Shown here piece after piece: positions 29,961-41,865 of a stretch of DNA of 64,000 nucleotides. The number at the start of each line of letters is the position of its first letter. Positions within the stretch are counted from its first letter, which is position 1. The DNA lies in NCBI GenBank assembly GCA_963829525.1, contig CAWHIJ010000003.1, forward strand, positions 2,400,001 to 2,464,000, read 5' to 3'. Position numbers and translations under genes: made by a program. Origin of the DNA: an uncultured Actinomycetota bacterium (GTDB lineage: Bacteria > Actinomycetota > Actinomycetes > JAHEKZ01). The notes under the pieces were generated by a model. It made no database searches. It was not told where the DNA came from and saw nothing but the letters and a program-made list of their open reading frames with translations.

Positions 29961-30868
29961 ACGCCGCCCTGCTGTTCCTGGACACGCTGACGGGACCGCT
30001 GCAGTACGCCTTCTTCCAGAAGGGGCTTATCGTCGCCACGATCTCCGGTGCGCTCCTCGGCTTCGTCGGGGTCTACATCACCCTTCGTGGCATGAGCTAC
30101 ATCGGTCACGGGCTCTCACACGCGATCTTCGGAGGTTTTGCCGCAGCCTCCCTCGTCAGTGCCTCGTTCATCTACATCGGTGCCGGAATCTGGGGTGTCA
30201 GCTCAGCGCTGGCGATCAACTGGGTGACGCGCAAGCACCGCATCGGCGCCGACGCGGCTATCGGAGTGATCACGACGGCCTCCTTCGCCCTCGGTGTCGC
30301 TCTGCTTTCGTACTACGGCAGTTCGGGGCCGAGCTTTGACAACGCTCTCTTCGGCTCGATCTACGGAATTACCCCCGACCAGATCGTGATGCTGATCGGC
30401 GTCTCGGTGGCGACAGCGGCCTTCGTCTTCTTCCGCTACCGCTCGCTGCTCTTTACAACATTCGACCCCGAGGTGGCGGCCGCGTCCGGAGTCAACGTCG
30501 CGCGCACCGAGGCGATGCTGATGCTGCTGCTGTCGCTGTCGATCCTTGCGACGCTGACCGTGATCGGCGTCACGCTGGTGGCTGCCATGCTGGTGATCCC
30601 GGCGGTGGTGGCCCGGATGATCACTGATTCCTTCGGGCGGATGCTGATCATCTCGACCGGCGTCGGCGCATCCTGCGGACTTGTGGGCATGTACATCAGC
30701 TACTTCGCCGGCGTTCCGTCCGGCACCATGATCGTTCTCACCGGGGCCGCAGTCTTCTGCCTGGCCCTCGCATGGCAGGGTTGGCGTTCCCTGGCCCGGA
30801 CCGCGGGCCTGGACGACCACCACGAAGACGCGCTCGAGGCCGTTGCCTCGCCCACCAGGAGCACCTGA
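29957..30868 (+). CDS. Metal ABC transporter permease
   Basis: GHGLSHAIFGG, LFGSI, FDPEVAAASG, IPAVVAR. Confidence 0.92.
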   Translation: MNAALLFLDTLTGPLQYAFFQKGLIVATISGALLGFVGVYITLRGMSYIGHGLSHAIFGGFAAASLVSASFIYIGAGIWGVSSALAINWVTRKHRIGADAAIGVITTASFALGVALLSYYGSSGPSFDNALFGSIYGITPDQIVMLIGVSVATAAFVFFRYRSLLFTTFDPEVAAASGVNVARTEAMLMLLLSLSILATLTVIGVTLVAAMLVIPAVVARMITDSFGRMLIISTGVGASCGLVGMYISYFAGVPSGTMIVLTGAAVFCLALAWQGWRSLARTAGLDDHHEDALEAVASPTRST

Positions 30869-31353
30869 TGCCCGAGACACCACGCCTTTCCCCCGGCGAC
30901 AAGGCTCCGGACTTCACGCTCACCGACGACTCCGGTGCCAGCGTTCGGCTGGCTGACCTCCGCGGCGGCAAGGTGATCGCCTACTTCTACCCAGCAGCGA
31001 TGACTCCTGGATGCACGACTCAGGCGTGCGACTTCACGGCGGCCATGACCGACTTCACGACGGCCGGCTACACGGTGCTCGGCATCTCACCCGACAAGCC
31101 GGAGAAGCTAGCGAAGTTTCGTAACGAAGGCTCGCTCAACTTCACGCTGCTCTCCGACCCCACCAAAGAGACGATGACCGCGTACGGCGCGTTCGGTGAG
31201 AAGCAGCTGTACGGCAAGACTGTCGTCGGTGTTATCCGGTCAACCTTCGTGATTGACGAGGACGGCTTGATCGAGCAGGCGCAGTACGCCGTCAAGGCCA
31301 AGGGCCATGTCGCCAGACTTGCCCGCGAGCTCGCGATCCCGCTGCCCCATTAG
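30868..31353 (+). CDS. bcp: Peroxiredoxin BCP
   Basis: YFYPAAMTPGCTTQACDF; RSTFVID. Confidence 0.93.
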   Translation: MPETPRLSPGDKAPDFTLTDDSGASVRLADLRGGKVIAYFYPAAMTPGCTTQACDFTAAMTDFTTAGYTVLGISPDKPEKLAKFRNEGSLNFTLLSDPTKETMTAYGAFGEKQLYGKTVVGVIRSTFVIDEDGLIEQAQYAVKAKGHVARLARELAIPLPH

Positions 31354-31439
31354 CCAAGAGCGACGCATTCACGCGCGCTGCTGAAACAAGCTCCGCACTC
31401 ATCCTCTGGATGAGTGGTCGACGTACACTTTGGCGTCAC

Positions 31440-31521
31440 GCGGAAGTGGCGGAACTGGCAGACGCGCACGGTTTAGGTCCGTGTGCCTTCGGGCGTGGGG
31501 GTTCAAGTCCCCCCTTCCGCA
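31440..31521 (+). tRNA. tRNA-Leu (anticodon TAG)
   Basis: GCGGAAG/CTTCCGC acceptor stem, CACGG-TTTAGGT-CCGTG anticodon arm, long variable arm, GGTTCAAGTCC. Confidence 0.96.
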
Positions 31522-31522
31522 C

Positions 31523-32128
31523 TCAGGTCGAGCACGTCACCAGGAGGGCCGCGAGCGCGCGAAATGCGGCACCGCGGTGGCTGATGGCGTCCTTCTCGTG
31601 CGGTTCCATCTCCGCCGTCGTCCGGCTCTCGCCGTCCGGGCAGAAGATGGGGTCATAGCCGAACCCGTTCGTCCCCCGCGGCTCTCGGACCAGACCCCCT
31701 TGGAGCTCTCCACGTACTACCTGCTCCTGGCCACCGGGACGAGCAACAGCGGCCGCACACACAAACGCTGCGCCGCGGTGTCCATCTGCCACGTCAGCGA
31801 GCTGCGCGAGCACGAGCCGCAGGTTTGCAGCGTCGTCCCCGTGTTTGCCAGCCCATCGCGCTGAGAAGATGCCTGGCATGCCGCCGAGGACGTCGACGGC
31901 CAGACCCGAGTCGTCGGCGATCGCCGGCAGCCCAGTTGTCTCAGCGATCGCGCGCGCCTTCAACAGAGCGTTCTCCTCGAACGTCAGGCCTGTCTCGGCC
32001 ACCTCGGGGGCATCGGGAAAGGCGTCCAACCCGACAAGGTCGATGTCCAGACCGGCCTCGGCCAAGATCCGACGTACCTCAACAACCTTGTGGGCGTTCC
32101 GAGACGCCAGGACGACGCGTTGGCTCAC
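31523..32128 (-). CDS. rdgB: Non-canonical purine NTP pyrophosphatase (RdgB/HAM1)
   Basis: [34 protein letters not shown]. Confidence 0.94.
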   Translation of the reverse strand: MSQRVVLASRNAHKVVEVRRILAEAGLDIDLVGLDAFPDAPEVAETGLTFEENALLKARAIAETTGLPAIADDSGLAVDVLGGMPGIFSARWAGKHGDDAANLRLVLAQLADVADGHRGAAFVCAAAVARPGGQEQVVRGELQGGLVREPRGTNGFGYDPIFCPDGESRTTAEMEPHEKDAISHRGAAFRALAALLVTCST

Positions 32129-32850
32129 CGAGCCAACGCCTCCTGCTGGAGGCGCGTCAGATCCCGGCACCCAGCCAGTGCAAGATCGAGCAGCGCATCG
32201 AGCTCGGAACGGTCGAAGGGCACGCCCTCGGCGGTTCCCTGCACCTCGATGAAGCGGCCGTCGCCGGTGCAGACCACGTTCATGTCGGTCTCGGCGCTGA
32301 CGTCCTCCTCGTAGCAGAGGTCGAGCACTGGCTCGCCGCTGACGACACCGACAGAGACGGCAGCCACCGAGCTCGCGAACGGGTCCGCGCCGGCTTTGAC
32401 GAAGCCCTGTTGCTGTGCCCAGCTGACAGCATCGGCAAGCGCGACATAGGCGCCCGTGATCGAGGCCGTGCGTGTTCCGCCGTCGGCCTGTAGGACGTCA
32501 CAGTCGAGGACAACAGAGTTCTCGCCGAGGGCCGACAGGTCGATCACTCCGCGCAGGGCCCGTCCGATCAGGCGTGATATCTCATGCGTTCGGCCGCCGA
32601 TCTTTCCACGGACCGACTCTCGGTCGCTCCTCGTGTGGGTCGAGCGCGGGAGCATCGAGTACTCAGCCGTTACCCAGCCGAGGCCACTTCCCTTGCGCCA
32701 TCGGGGCACACCTTCGGTGAGCGATGCCGTACAGAGCACCCTGGTGCGGCCGAACTCGACCAGTACCGATCCCTCCGGGTGCTCGCTCCATCCACGGGTG
32801 AAGGTCACCGGGCGGAGCTGGTCGGCCGTGCGGCCATCGGAACGCGTCAT
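32125..32850 (-). CDS. rph: Ribonuclease PH
   Basis: [49 protein letters not shown]. Confidence 0.96.
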   Translation of the reverse strand: MTRSDGRTADQLRPVTFTRGWSEHPEGSVLVEFGRTRVLCTASLTEGVPRWRKGSGLGWVTAEYSMLPRSTHTRSDRESVRGKIGGRTHEISRLIGRALRGVIDLSALGENSVVLDCDVLQADGGTRTASITGAYVALADAVSWAQQQGFVKAGADPFASSVAAVSVGVVSGEPVLDLCYEEDVSAETDMNVVCTGDGRFIEVQGTAEGVPFDRSELDALLDLALAGCRDLTRLQQEALAR

Positions 32851-32860
32851 GCGCCGAAGG

Positions 32861-33610
32861 CTACCCAGCGGCCTCGAACGTCGCTCCGGGGGTGGCGAGG
32901 TCGATCTGACCGTCGAAGACCGACGCAGCTTCGGCCATTGCCACCTTGGGGTCGTTCCACGGAGGAACGTGGGTGATCACCAGCCGCCTGGCTCCCGCAT
33001 CGCGCGCCAGTTGGCCGGCTTCGCGTCCCGTCAGGTGGAGGTCGGTGGGGTTGTCCGCACCGTCGACGAACGATGCCTCGCAGAGCAGCAGGTTCGTGCC
33101 ACGTGCGAGCTCGTCGATGGCTCGGCACGGGCCGGTGTCGCCGCTGTACACGATTGTCTGGCCGTCGACTTCGAAACGAACGGCGTAGGTTTCCACCGGA
33201 TGCGCAACGCGCTCAGCGCGCACCCGGAAGGGGCCGATGGACGCGGCGACCGAGAGCTCGCGGAAGTCGAAGGATCCCTTCATGCCCTGTGGCTCTTTCA
33301 TGCCGTAGGCAGAAGCCAGCCGCTCAGCAGTGTCCGATGGGCCGTAGACAGGCAGCCGTCCGGAGAAGTCGTACGGCCCGTAGCGATGCGCGACGTACAG
33401 GGCGGTGAGATCGATGCTGTGGTCGGCGTGGAGGTGGCTCAGCACGATTGCGTCGATGTCGGCGAGCTCGATGTGTCGTTGCAGGACGCCGAGGGACCCG
33501 TGGCCGAGGTCGACAACAACCCGGAAGCCTTCGTGCTCGAGCAGGTAGCACGAGGACAGGCTCTCTGGCCCGGGGATGCTGCCAGAGCACCCGACGACGG
33601 TCAGCCTCAC
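32861..33610 (-). CDS. MBL-fold metallo-hydrolase (Rv1339-like phosphodiesterase)
   Basis: SHLHADH, YSGDTG, THVPPW; conserved position between murI and rph. Confidence 0.88.
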   Translation of the reverse strand: MRLTVVGCSGSIPGPESLSSCYLLEHEGFRVVVDLGHGSLGVLQRHIELADIDAIVLSHLHADHSIDLTALYVAHRYGPYDFSGRLPVYGPSDTAERLASAYGMKEPQGMKGSFDFRELSVAASIGPFRVRAERVAHPVETYAVRFEVDGQTIVYSGDTGPCRAIDELARGTNLLLCEASFVDGADNPTDLHLTGREAGQLARDAGARRLVITHVPPWNDPKVAMAEAASVFDGQIDLATPGATFEAAG

Positions 33611-34410
33611 GCAAAGGCTCCGGCTGCCTCGACTGTTGCCACCTCGGGGCCAAGGAACCTCGAAGCCAGCGCCGCGAAGGGAGCTGGGTCGCCGGTGGCG
33701 AGGAATCGATGCTTGGGAAGCGGAAGTGCCTCGTCGCGCAAGAGACCTCGCTCGGCGAGCACGCGGTAGACATCGCGTGCGGTCTCATCAGCGCTGGAGA
33801 CCAGCGTTACCTCGTACCCCATCACGTACGAGATGACGCCAGCGAGCAGCGGATAGTGGGTGCACCCAAGGACAAGTGTGTCGACGCCGGCCTCACGCAT
33901 GGGGTCGAGATACCCGTGCGCAGTGGCCAGCACCTCGGGGCCACCGGTGAGCCCCTGTTCGACGTACTCGACGAACTTCGGGCACGCCTGCTGAGTGACC
34001 TCGATGCGAGGTGCGGCGGCAAAGGCGTCCAGATAGGCGCCAGATGTGACGGTGGCCTCGGTACCGATGACTCCGACGTGGCCGTTGCGGGTGGCGTGCA
34101 CGGCGCGACGCACGGCTGGCTGGACGACCTCGACGACCGGGACGCGGTACCGCTCCCTGGCATCGCGCAGCACCGCTGCGCTCGCACTGTTGCACGCGAT
34201 CACGAGCATCTTTACGCCTTGCTCCACGAGATGGTCCATCACGTCAAGAGCGAAGGCACGTACCTCAGCGATCGGTCGAGGACCGTAGGGGCCGCGTGCG
34301 CTGTCTCCCACGTACAAGATCGGCTCGTGCGGGAGCAGGTCGAGGACCGAGCGCGCCACGGTGAGACCACCGACACCACTGTCGAAGATGCCGATCGGTG
34401 CGTCCGCCAT
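33607..34410 (-). CDS. murI: Glutamate racemase
   Basis: FDSGVGG, IACNSAS, LGCTHYP. Confidence 0.95.
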   Translation of the reverse strand: MADAPIGIFDSGVGGLTVARSVLDLLPHEPILYVGDSARGPYGPRPIAEVRAFALDVMDHLVEQGVKMLVIACNSASAAVLRDARERYRVPVVEVVQPAVRRAVHATRNGHVGVIGTEATVTSGAYLDAFAAAPRIEVTQQACPKFVEYVEQGLTGGPEVLATAHGYLDPMREAGVDTLVLGCTHYPLLAGVISYVMGYEVTLVSSADETARDVYRVLAERGLLRDEALPLPKHRFLATGDPAPFAALASRFLGPEVATVEAAGAFA

Positions 34411-34537
34411 CAGATCAGCGTAACGGCGAGGCGACCGGGACACCCAGAGGTGGCGGCAGGTGGGCAGACGTGGCGCTCGAACGTCACCTTTGTGCGCGAT
34501 GACCAGGTTACGTGGTCAACGTGCAAGGTGGTGGCGG

Positions 34538-35789
<1,252 letters not shown>

Positions 35790-35814
35790 GGTGATCTCCT
35801 TCAGGTGCAGGTTC

Positions 35815-36243
35815 TTAGGCCGGTCTGTGGTCTAACGTTGAAACGATGCTCACTTCTTCCTCGGTGACGACGCCATCCACGATGCGAAACGAGCGGATCT
35901 CTTCGGTGTCTGGCTCCTTGGTTGATACCAGAACGTAGTGCGCATTGGGCTCGGACGCGTAGCTGACGTCGGTCCGCGACGGATAGGCCTCGGTGGCGGT
36001 GTGCGAGTGATAGACGACTACAGGCTCCTCGTCACGCGCATCCATCTCGCGATAGAGGCGAAGCAGGTCGATCGAGTCGAACTCGTAGAACGTCGGCGAC
36101 CTGGCGGCATTGACCATCGGGATGAACCGCTCAGGGCGATCTTGATCGATTGGCCCGGCGATGACCCCGCACGCCTCATCGGGGTGGTCCGTGCGGGCGT
36201 GGGCCACCATCGCGTCGATGAGGTCCTGGCCGATAACGAGCAC
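35815..36243 (-). CDS. mec: JAMM/M67 peptidase Mec
   Basis: PDEACG, YHSHTATEAYPSRTD. Confidence 0.92.
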   Translation of the reverse strand: MLVIGQDLIDAMVAHARTDHPDEACGVIAGPIDQDRPERFIPMVNAARSPTFYEFDSIDLLRLYREMDARDEEPVVVYHSHTATEAYPSRTDVSYASEPNAHYVLVSTKEPDTEEIRSFRIVDGVVTEEEVSIVSTLDHRPA

Positions 36244-36253
36244 AATCTCAAGG

Positions 36254-36811
36254 CTATGGGGCCGGGTCGCCCTCGCTCGGGCCACCCCGGTGGCCGGCCA
36301 GCACATCGATCAGGAGCCCCTGCAGATACGTGAAGAGCCCGTACGAGTGGTAGGCCTGCAGGTCCTCGCCCCCAGCCAGCACGCCCCCCTCAGTCACACC
36401 CAACCTGGTACCCAGCATGAGACGGAGGTCGTTGAGCGCCCCCAGCAGCGACCGCGCACCCGCGGCGTCGACGTCCCCCGGTGCGGTCGCCGCACGGCGA
36501 AGGGCCTCGGCATCAGCACGCTTGCGCTCAAGCAGCGCGGTCTGAGCGAACCTGCGGAACTCGGCGGCGGCCTCGGGATCGTCGAGGACACCGTCGGGCA
36601 GCAGTCGGGCCCGTACCGGGTCGGACGACAGCTCGGGTGTGTCCTTCATCGTGGCCGCCAGAGCTTCGAGGGGATCGGCCGGGATCTCCAGGGCTGGCCC
36701 GAGCAGGTCCTCGAGGTCGTCGACGTAGAGGTTGATCACCCAGGCCCACTGCTCGAGGTCGACCCGTACGCCGGTTCCATCCTGGCCAGATGGGGTGAAC
36801 TCCGGCGTCAT
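36254..36811 (-). CDS. DUF2017 family protein
   Basis: [30 protein letters not shown]; syntenic downstream of clpS. Confidence 0.85.
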   Translation of the reverse strand: MTPEFTPSGQDGTGVRVDLEQWAWVINLYVDDLEDLLGPALEIPADPLEALAATMKDTPELSSDPVRARLLPDGVLDDPEAAAEFRRFAQTALLERKRADAEALRRAATAPGDVDAAGARSLLGALNDLRLMLGTRLGVTEGGVLAGGEDLQAYHSYGLFTYLQGLLIDVLAGHRGGPSEGDPAP

Positions 36812-37107
36812 TTGTCCTGCTGCATGGTGGCCCAGAGACCGTAGCCGTGCATGGCCGCGACGTCGCGTTCCATCTCTTCCCTTGAACCGTTCGAAACCGC
36901 CGACCGGCCTTCTTCGTGCACCTGCAGCATGAGCTCTTCAGCCTTCTTTCGGTCGTATCCGAAGTACTCCTGGAAGACGAACGACACGTAGGTCATCAAG
37001 TTGACCGGGTCGTTCCAGACGACCGTCACCCATGGGAAGTCGGGAGCGGGAAGCACCTCGGTCTCGGGGCGTTCGAGCTGACTGGGCGCGGTGGACACGA
37101 CGCCCAT
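36808..37107 (-). CDS. clpS: Clp protease adaptor ClpS
   Basis: [30 protein letters not shown]. Confidence 0.94.
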   Translation of the reverse strand: MGVVSTAPSQLERPETEVLPAPDFPWVTVVWNDPVNLMTYVSFVFQEYFGYDRKKAEELMLQVHEEGRSAVSNGSREEMERDVAAMHGYGLWATMQQDK

Positions 37108-37194
37108 GGTGCCACTGGTGCCGACACCGCATCCACCCTGACATCCCGAGATAACACCAGGTGACAACATGGAGCCACGAACCAAGGAGGCACG

Positions 37195-38919
37195 ATGCAG
37201 ATCCCAGCCCGCACCCCCGGGTTACCAGAGCCCGCGCTGCTCGCCCGGATCCGCGAGGCCGTGATCGGTGACGACACCGTCATGCCTGGCCCCTATGGAC
37301 CGAGGCGCGTTACCTATGCGGACTACACCGCAAGTGGGCGGGCGCTCGACTTCATCGAAAGCTTCATTCGCGACCAGGTGCTCCCCCGCTACGCCAACAC
37401 GCACACCGAGTCGAGCGGCACGGGACGGCAAACCACCCGCCTCCGCGAGGACGCTCGCCAAATCATCACCGACGCCATAAGCGGTGACGACGACACCTGC
37501 GTCATCTTTTGTGGGGCCGGCGCCACCGGCGCCATCGATCGCCTCATCGCTGTGCTCGGGCTCCGGATTCCGTCAGCCCTGGAGGACGCCTACGGCCTCG
37601 ACGCACACATCCCAGATGTCGAGCGTCCCGTCGTCTTCACCGGGCCTTTCGAGCACCATTCCAACGAGCTCCCTTGGCGCGAGTCCATTGCCGAAGTCAT
37701 CCGAATCCCCGAAGATGCTGACGGTCACATCGACCAACGGGTGCTGGCCGAGGAGCTCGAGCGTTACCGAGATCGTCCGCTCCGGATTGGTGCCTTTTCT
37801 GCCGCCAGTAACGTCACCGGAATCGTCAGTGACACCTACGGGATCTCAGCTCTGCTCCATCGTCACGGTGCAATGGCTGTGTGGGACTTCGCCGCCGCTG
37901 GACCCTACGTCGACATCGACATGGTGGGGCCTGACGGTGAGGATCCACTGTCCTACAAGGACGCGATCGTCCTCTCGCCACACAAGTTCGTTGGTGGTCC
38001 CGGCACCCCCGGAATCCTCGCGGTACGTCGCCAGCTTCTGCACAACCGCGTTCCCGCTGTCGTCGGCGGCGGAACCGTCGCCTATGTGAATCCTGAGGAG
38101 CACGTCTATCTGTCTGACCCGGTACATCGAGAGGAAGCCGGCACTCCCGCCATCGTCGAGTCAATCCGTGCCGGACTCGTCTTCCAGCTGAAGGATGCCG
38201 TGGGTGTCGACGTGATTCGCGCCCACGAGAGCGACTACGTGCACCGCGCCATCACAGCATGGTCCGCCGTGCCAGAGATCGAAGTCCTCGGCAACCTCCA
38301 GGCTGAGCGGCTCTCGATCCTGTCTTTCGTCGTTCGCCGCCCGGGTGGTCGGTACCTACATCACAACGCCGTTGTCGCGTTGCTCAACGACCTCTTCGGC
38401 ATCCAGGCGAGAGGGGGGTGCTCATGCGCCGGCCCCTACGGCCACCGATTGCTCGGCATCGACGTTGAGCGCTCACACGAGTACGAACGCGCGATCACGG
38501 CCGGCTGCGAGGGCATCAAACCGGGGTGGGTCCGCATCAACTTCAACTACTTCATCGACGAGGACGTGTTCAAGTACGTTGTCGAGGCGATTGCCTTTGT
38601 CGCGCGTCATGGACATGCATTTCTGGCTGACTACGCCTTTGATCCTGATACGGGTCTGTGGCGTCACCGCGCAGAGCCAGATCAGGCCCCCCTCAGCCTC
38701 GCCGACCTGTCCTACGACTCCGAGGGCCGACTCACGCAGCCACCTCACCCCAAGAGAGCCGACGCCTCCGCATTCGGTGACTACCTTGCCGAGGCCTGCC
38801 GCCGACTCAGCGAGCGGCGGCAGATCCCCGTCACGGAAGACAACGCGCACGTCACGGCCGACTTCGATGCGCTTCGGTGGTTCGAGCTCCCGGCGGACTG
38901 TCTGGTGTCGCGGCACTAG
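37195..38919 (+). CDS. Class V PLP-dependent aminotransferase / cysteine desulfurase-like protein
   Basis: [28 protein letters not shown] (PLP Lys), [10 protein letters not shown]. Confidence 0.88.
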   Translation: MQIPARTPGLPEPALLARIREAVIGDDTVMPGPYGPRRVTYADYTASGRALDFIESFIRDQVLPRYANTHTESSGTGRQTTRLREDARQIITDAISGDDDTCVIFCGAGATGAIDRLIAVLGLRIPSALEDAYGLDAHIPDVERPVVFTGPFEHHSNELPWRESIAEVIRIPEDADGHIDQRVLAEELERYRDRPLRIGAFSAASNVTGIVSDTYGISALLHRHGAMAVWDFAAAGPYVDIDMVGPDGEDPLSYKDAIVLSPHKFVGGPGTPGILAVRRQLLHNRVPAVVGGGTVAYVNPEEHVYLSDPVHREEAGTPAIVESIRAGLVFQLKDAVGVDVIRAHESDYVHRAITAWSAVPEIEVLGNLQAERLSILSFVVRRPGGRYLHHNAVVALLNDLFGIQARGGCSCAGPYGHRLLGIDVERSHEYERAITAGCEGIKPGWVRINFNYFIDEDVFKYVVEAIAFVARHGHAFLADYAFDPDTGLWRHRAEPDQAPLSLADLSYDSEGRLTQPPHPKRADASAFGDYLAEACRRLSERRQIPVTEDNAHVTADFDALRWFELPADCLVSRH

Positions 38920-40055
38920 CCCGTCGCCAACGCCCGCCCGTATTGCTTGAGGAGTGGCCAGGCCCCGGACCCTTCGTTGCCGAGCGCCCAGATTGCGATA
39001 CCACGAAGGGCATAGTGGTCGACCAACGTCGCCTTGGTCTCGAGCGAGCGTGCATCGTCGTACCACGCAACCCTCTCGACGCGGCAGGTGTCGCCACCAG
39101 CAGAGTACTTCCGAACGTAGGTGAATCGCTGGCTCGTACCTCGCGCCTTCCACTCCGGAGTCGTTCCGATTGATCGAGCGAAAGACCTCATCTGCCGAGT
39201 CGTGCGTGACACCGTCTCGTATGCCTGTGCCGGGCACGTGCCCGAAATCTTCTTGCCGAACCAGTCACGCCCGTACGCAGGCATCCCCATCGAAATCTTG
39301 CGTGAGGTGATCACAGTGGATGCGTACGAAGCCACGTCGTTGACCCACCACTTGGGTGCCATGGGGCCCGGCGAGCCACCGCTCCAGTGGAAGTCATAGG
39401 TCATGATCCGAACACGGTCGGACTGACGGCCCAACGCCGGGTAGTTGAACACCCACCAGTTGGGATCGGTTCTTGAAGTTCGCGCGGCGACCGTCACCGA
39501 GGTGACCGCGCCCATGCGATCAAGGCGCGTATTGAGGTCACCCAGAAGTGCCGGATAGTACTTCCGCACCGTTGCTCTAGCCCGTGAGGAGCCGAAGTTG
39601 ATCGACTCGTAGTCGAGGTCAATGCCGTCGAGGTTGTAGCGGTCGACCACTCTGGCCAACGCCCGGGCGTGTGCGGCCCGACGATCAGGGTTCCTCAGTA
39701 TCCGGGCAAACTGATCTGCGGTCAGGTCTGTGGCGACGGTGGGGATGTTCGCAACGCCGGCACTCTGCAACGACCGACGCATATGGCGCCATTCGTCAGC
39801 GCTCGCCGTCAGGGCTATGTCGGTCCCCGAGTTGGCGTCAAAGACGAAGGGCGAGGCATCCTGGAAGACGTTAGCGTTGTTCACGACCGACCTTGTCGCG
39901 TCGTTGATGTTCCAGTACGGCAACCAGCCGGTGACGAACTTCTTCGGAGCCGGAGGATCTGCCGCGCCGGCTTGACCAGGGACCAGGACAGCAAGCACCG
40001 AGGCCGCTGCCAGACAGGCGACGAGGGGCGCGCCGATGCCACGCAGAACTCTCAC
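38916..40055 (-). CDS. Secreted GH18 glycoside hydrolase
   Basis: Signal peptide; LDGIDLDYE (DxxDxDxE); IMTYDFH; GIAIWALG. Confidence 0.88.
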   Translation of the reverse strand: MRVLRGIGAPLVACLAAASVLAVLVPGQAGAADPPAPKKFVTGWLPYWNINDATRSVVNNANVFQDASPFVFDANSGTDIALTASADEWRHMRRSLQSAGVANIPTVATDLTADQFARILRNPDRRAAHARALARVVDRYNLDGIDLDYESINFGSSRARATVRKYYPALLGDLNTRLDRMGAVTSVTVAARTSRTDPNWWVFNYPALGRQSDRVRIMTYDFHWSGGSPGPMAPKWWVNDVASYASTVITSRKISMGMPAYGRDWFGKKISGTCPAQAYETVSRTTRQMRSFARSIGTTPEWKARGTSQRFTYVRKYSAGGDTCRVERVAWYDDARSLETKATLVDHYALRGIAIWALGNEGSGAWPLLKQYGRALATG

Positions 40056-40068
40056 GAGAGAAACGTCC

Positions 40069-41835
40069 TCACTCCACGGTGACGGTCATGGCGGCGCTGG
40101 ACCCGGGAAGGTGCTTTGAGTCACCAGCGGCCACCACGCGTACCCGATGTACCTCGACGTTCCGGAAGGTCCCCTTGAGCGCGAACGAGCCATCCGCGGC
40201 CGTCTTTCTGGGGACCACGCTCACCCACCGCCGGTCTACGCGCTTCTGAAGCGTGACGGTGGTCCCTTCTTCGGCCGGAGCGACCGTCCCGGTGACGAAG
40301 AAGGTCTCACCCTTCGCGACTACGGGGTTAACGACCGCAGCTCGGACCACATGCCTCACCGCAGCGCCAGCCACGGGGGTGAGAGTCGTGGCCCAGTCCC
40401 ATCCCCGCACCAGCCTGAGGCGCCACTCGAAGGTGCGGTCGGCGACCTCGGGAAACGACACAGCACCCCCAGCATCGGTGGACGCGGTACCGGCGGCGGA
40501 CCATGCCTTGCCAGGAAGCCGCCGAAGAACGGTCACTTCCCGACCGGCAACAGGCAGACCAGACACCGAGAACTTCGCGTTGACCGTGAAGGCTGTTCCA
40601 TAGTCGAGGGGGGCCTCGGGATCAATGGACACCCGTGCCCGAGCCGGCGCAGGGGAAATGCTCTGCGCAAGGGCCTCGGCCTTCGACCACAGCGCTGGGT
40701 CCTCAACGCCGAGGCGCCAGATGGCGATGCCCTGAACCCCCAGCCGCTGGGCGAGCTGCAGCCTTTCCCTCGCCGAGCGTCCCTCCCCAAACCAGACGCG
40801 GCGCTGGACGACGCAGTTGCCGTACTGCGGATAGGGGCGTCGGTAGTCGAAGTGGTACTCGCCGGCGGAGTCACTCCAGACGACAGTCGCGTTGTACGTG
40901 TCGATCAGGTCGAGCGCCTCCTGCGCGGTGGGTGAAACGGTTCCTTTTGCCGCCTCCGGACAACTTCCCCTCAGTGTCTTGACATACCAGTTCTGCCCGT
41001 ACTGCGGGACCCCGATGGAAAGGGGGATGCCCCGGAACTCGGACTTGGCGTACTGGATGACATCGCGCGTCCAGCCAAGGGGCCCGATCGGTCCTGGAGC
41101 GGTGTCGCTGGTGCTGTAGTCGTAGGTCATGATCCGAGCCCGATCGACGCTGCGTCCGATCGCGTCGTAGTCAAAAACCTCCCAGTTGGGGTCCGATGCC
41201 GAGCGCCGAGCGGGCACCGCCACGGACAGCAGTGCGCCAGTCGCGTGGAGGCGAGTGCGAAGTCTGTCGAGGAAAATCGGATAGAACTTCTTGACCGCAG
41301 TACGGTCAGCGCCGACGTTTCCGACGTTCATACCCTCGAAGTCGATGTCGACGCCGTCGGCGCCGGTGCGCGCCACCATGGCGACGATCTCGTCGATCAA
41401 CGCCGCACGCCGGACGGAGTCCGTGAGCACTCCGGCCATTTCAGTCGCGTTCATGCCCTCGTCATTGATGCTCGGCAGGGCAGCGATTCCGGCGCCGTGC
41501 AACTCGGCGATGCCGCTGATCAAGGTGCTCTCTGGCTGCAGGTTGTCACTCTGGGGGCGGATGTGCGACTGGACCGTCGCCCGGTACCAGAAAGGTGATA
41601 TCTCCGCGACGACATCGGGGTGGGCGACGACCGACGCGACGCCACTGCTGAAGTTCCAGTACGGGATCCAACCCGTCACCATGCGGCGATCCGACAGGGG
41701 CGAGAGCCCAACAGTTGTGGCTGGCGACGTCGCTGCATCGGGCGACGGGATCGCGAGTGTGATGAGTGGAAGCGCTACCAATACAGCGAGAAGTGCTGTC
41801 GCCGCAGTTCTCGCTCCCGGGTACCACCACGCCAT
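40069..41835 (-). CDS. Secreted GH18 glycoside hydrolase with C-terminal beta-rich domains
   Basis: ADGVDIDFE, IMTYDYS, GIAIWRLG; likely start MAWWYPG. Confidence 0.86.
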   Translation of the reverse strand: MAWWYPGARTAATALLAVLVALPLITLAIPSPDAATSPATTVGLSPLSDRRMVTGWIPYWNFSSGVASVVAHPDVVAEISPFWYRATVQSHIRPQSDNLQPESTLISGIAELHGAGIAALPSINDEGMNATEMAGVLTDSVRRAALIDEIVAMVARTGADGVDIDFEGMNVGNVGADRTAVKKFYPIFLDRLRTRLHATGALLSVAVPARRSASDPNWEVFDYDAIGRSVDRARIMTYDYSTSDTAPGPIGPLGWTRDVIQYAKSEFRGIPLSIGVPQYGQNWYVKTLRGSCPEAAKGTVSPTAQEALDLIDTYNATVVWSDSAGEYHFDYRRPYPQYGNCVVQRRVWFGEGRSARERLQLAQRLGVQGIAIWRLGVEDPALWSKAEALAQSISPAPARARVSIDPEAPLDYGTAFTVNAKFSVSGLPVAGREVTVLRRLPGKAWSAAGTASTDAGGAVSFPEVADRTFEWRLRLVRGWDWATTLTPVAGAAVRHVVRAAVVNPVVAKGETFFVTGTVAPAEEGTTVTLQKRVDRRWVSVVPRKTAADGSFALKGTFRNVEVHRVRVVAAGDSKHLPGSSAAMTVTVE

Positions 41836-41865
41836 CGTCGTCTCCCCGCTCGTCTCGCGCGACAG

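Noticed and set aside
20300-31521. Integrative island between tRNA-Lys and tRNA-Leu
   Set aside because: No integrase and no duplicated tRNA 3' end seen; the genes look like ordinary chromosomal content.
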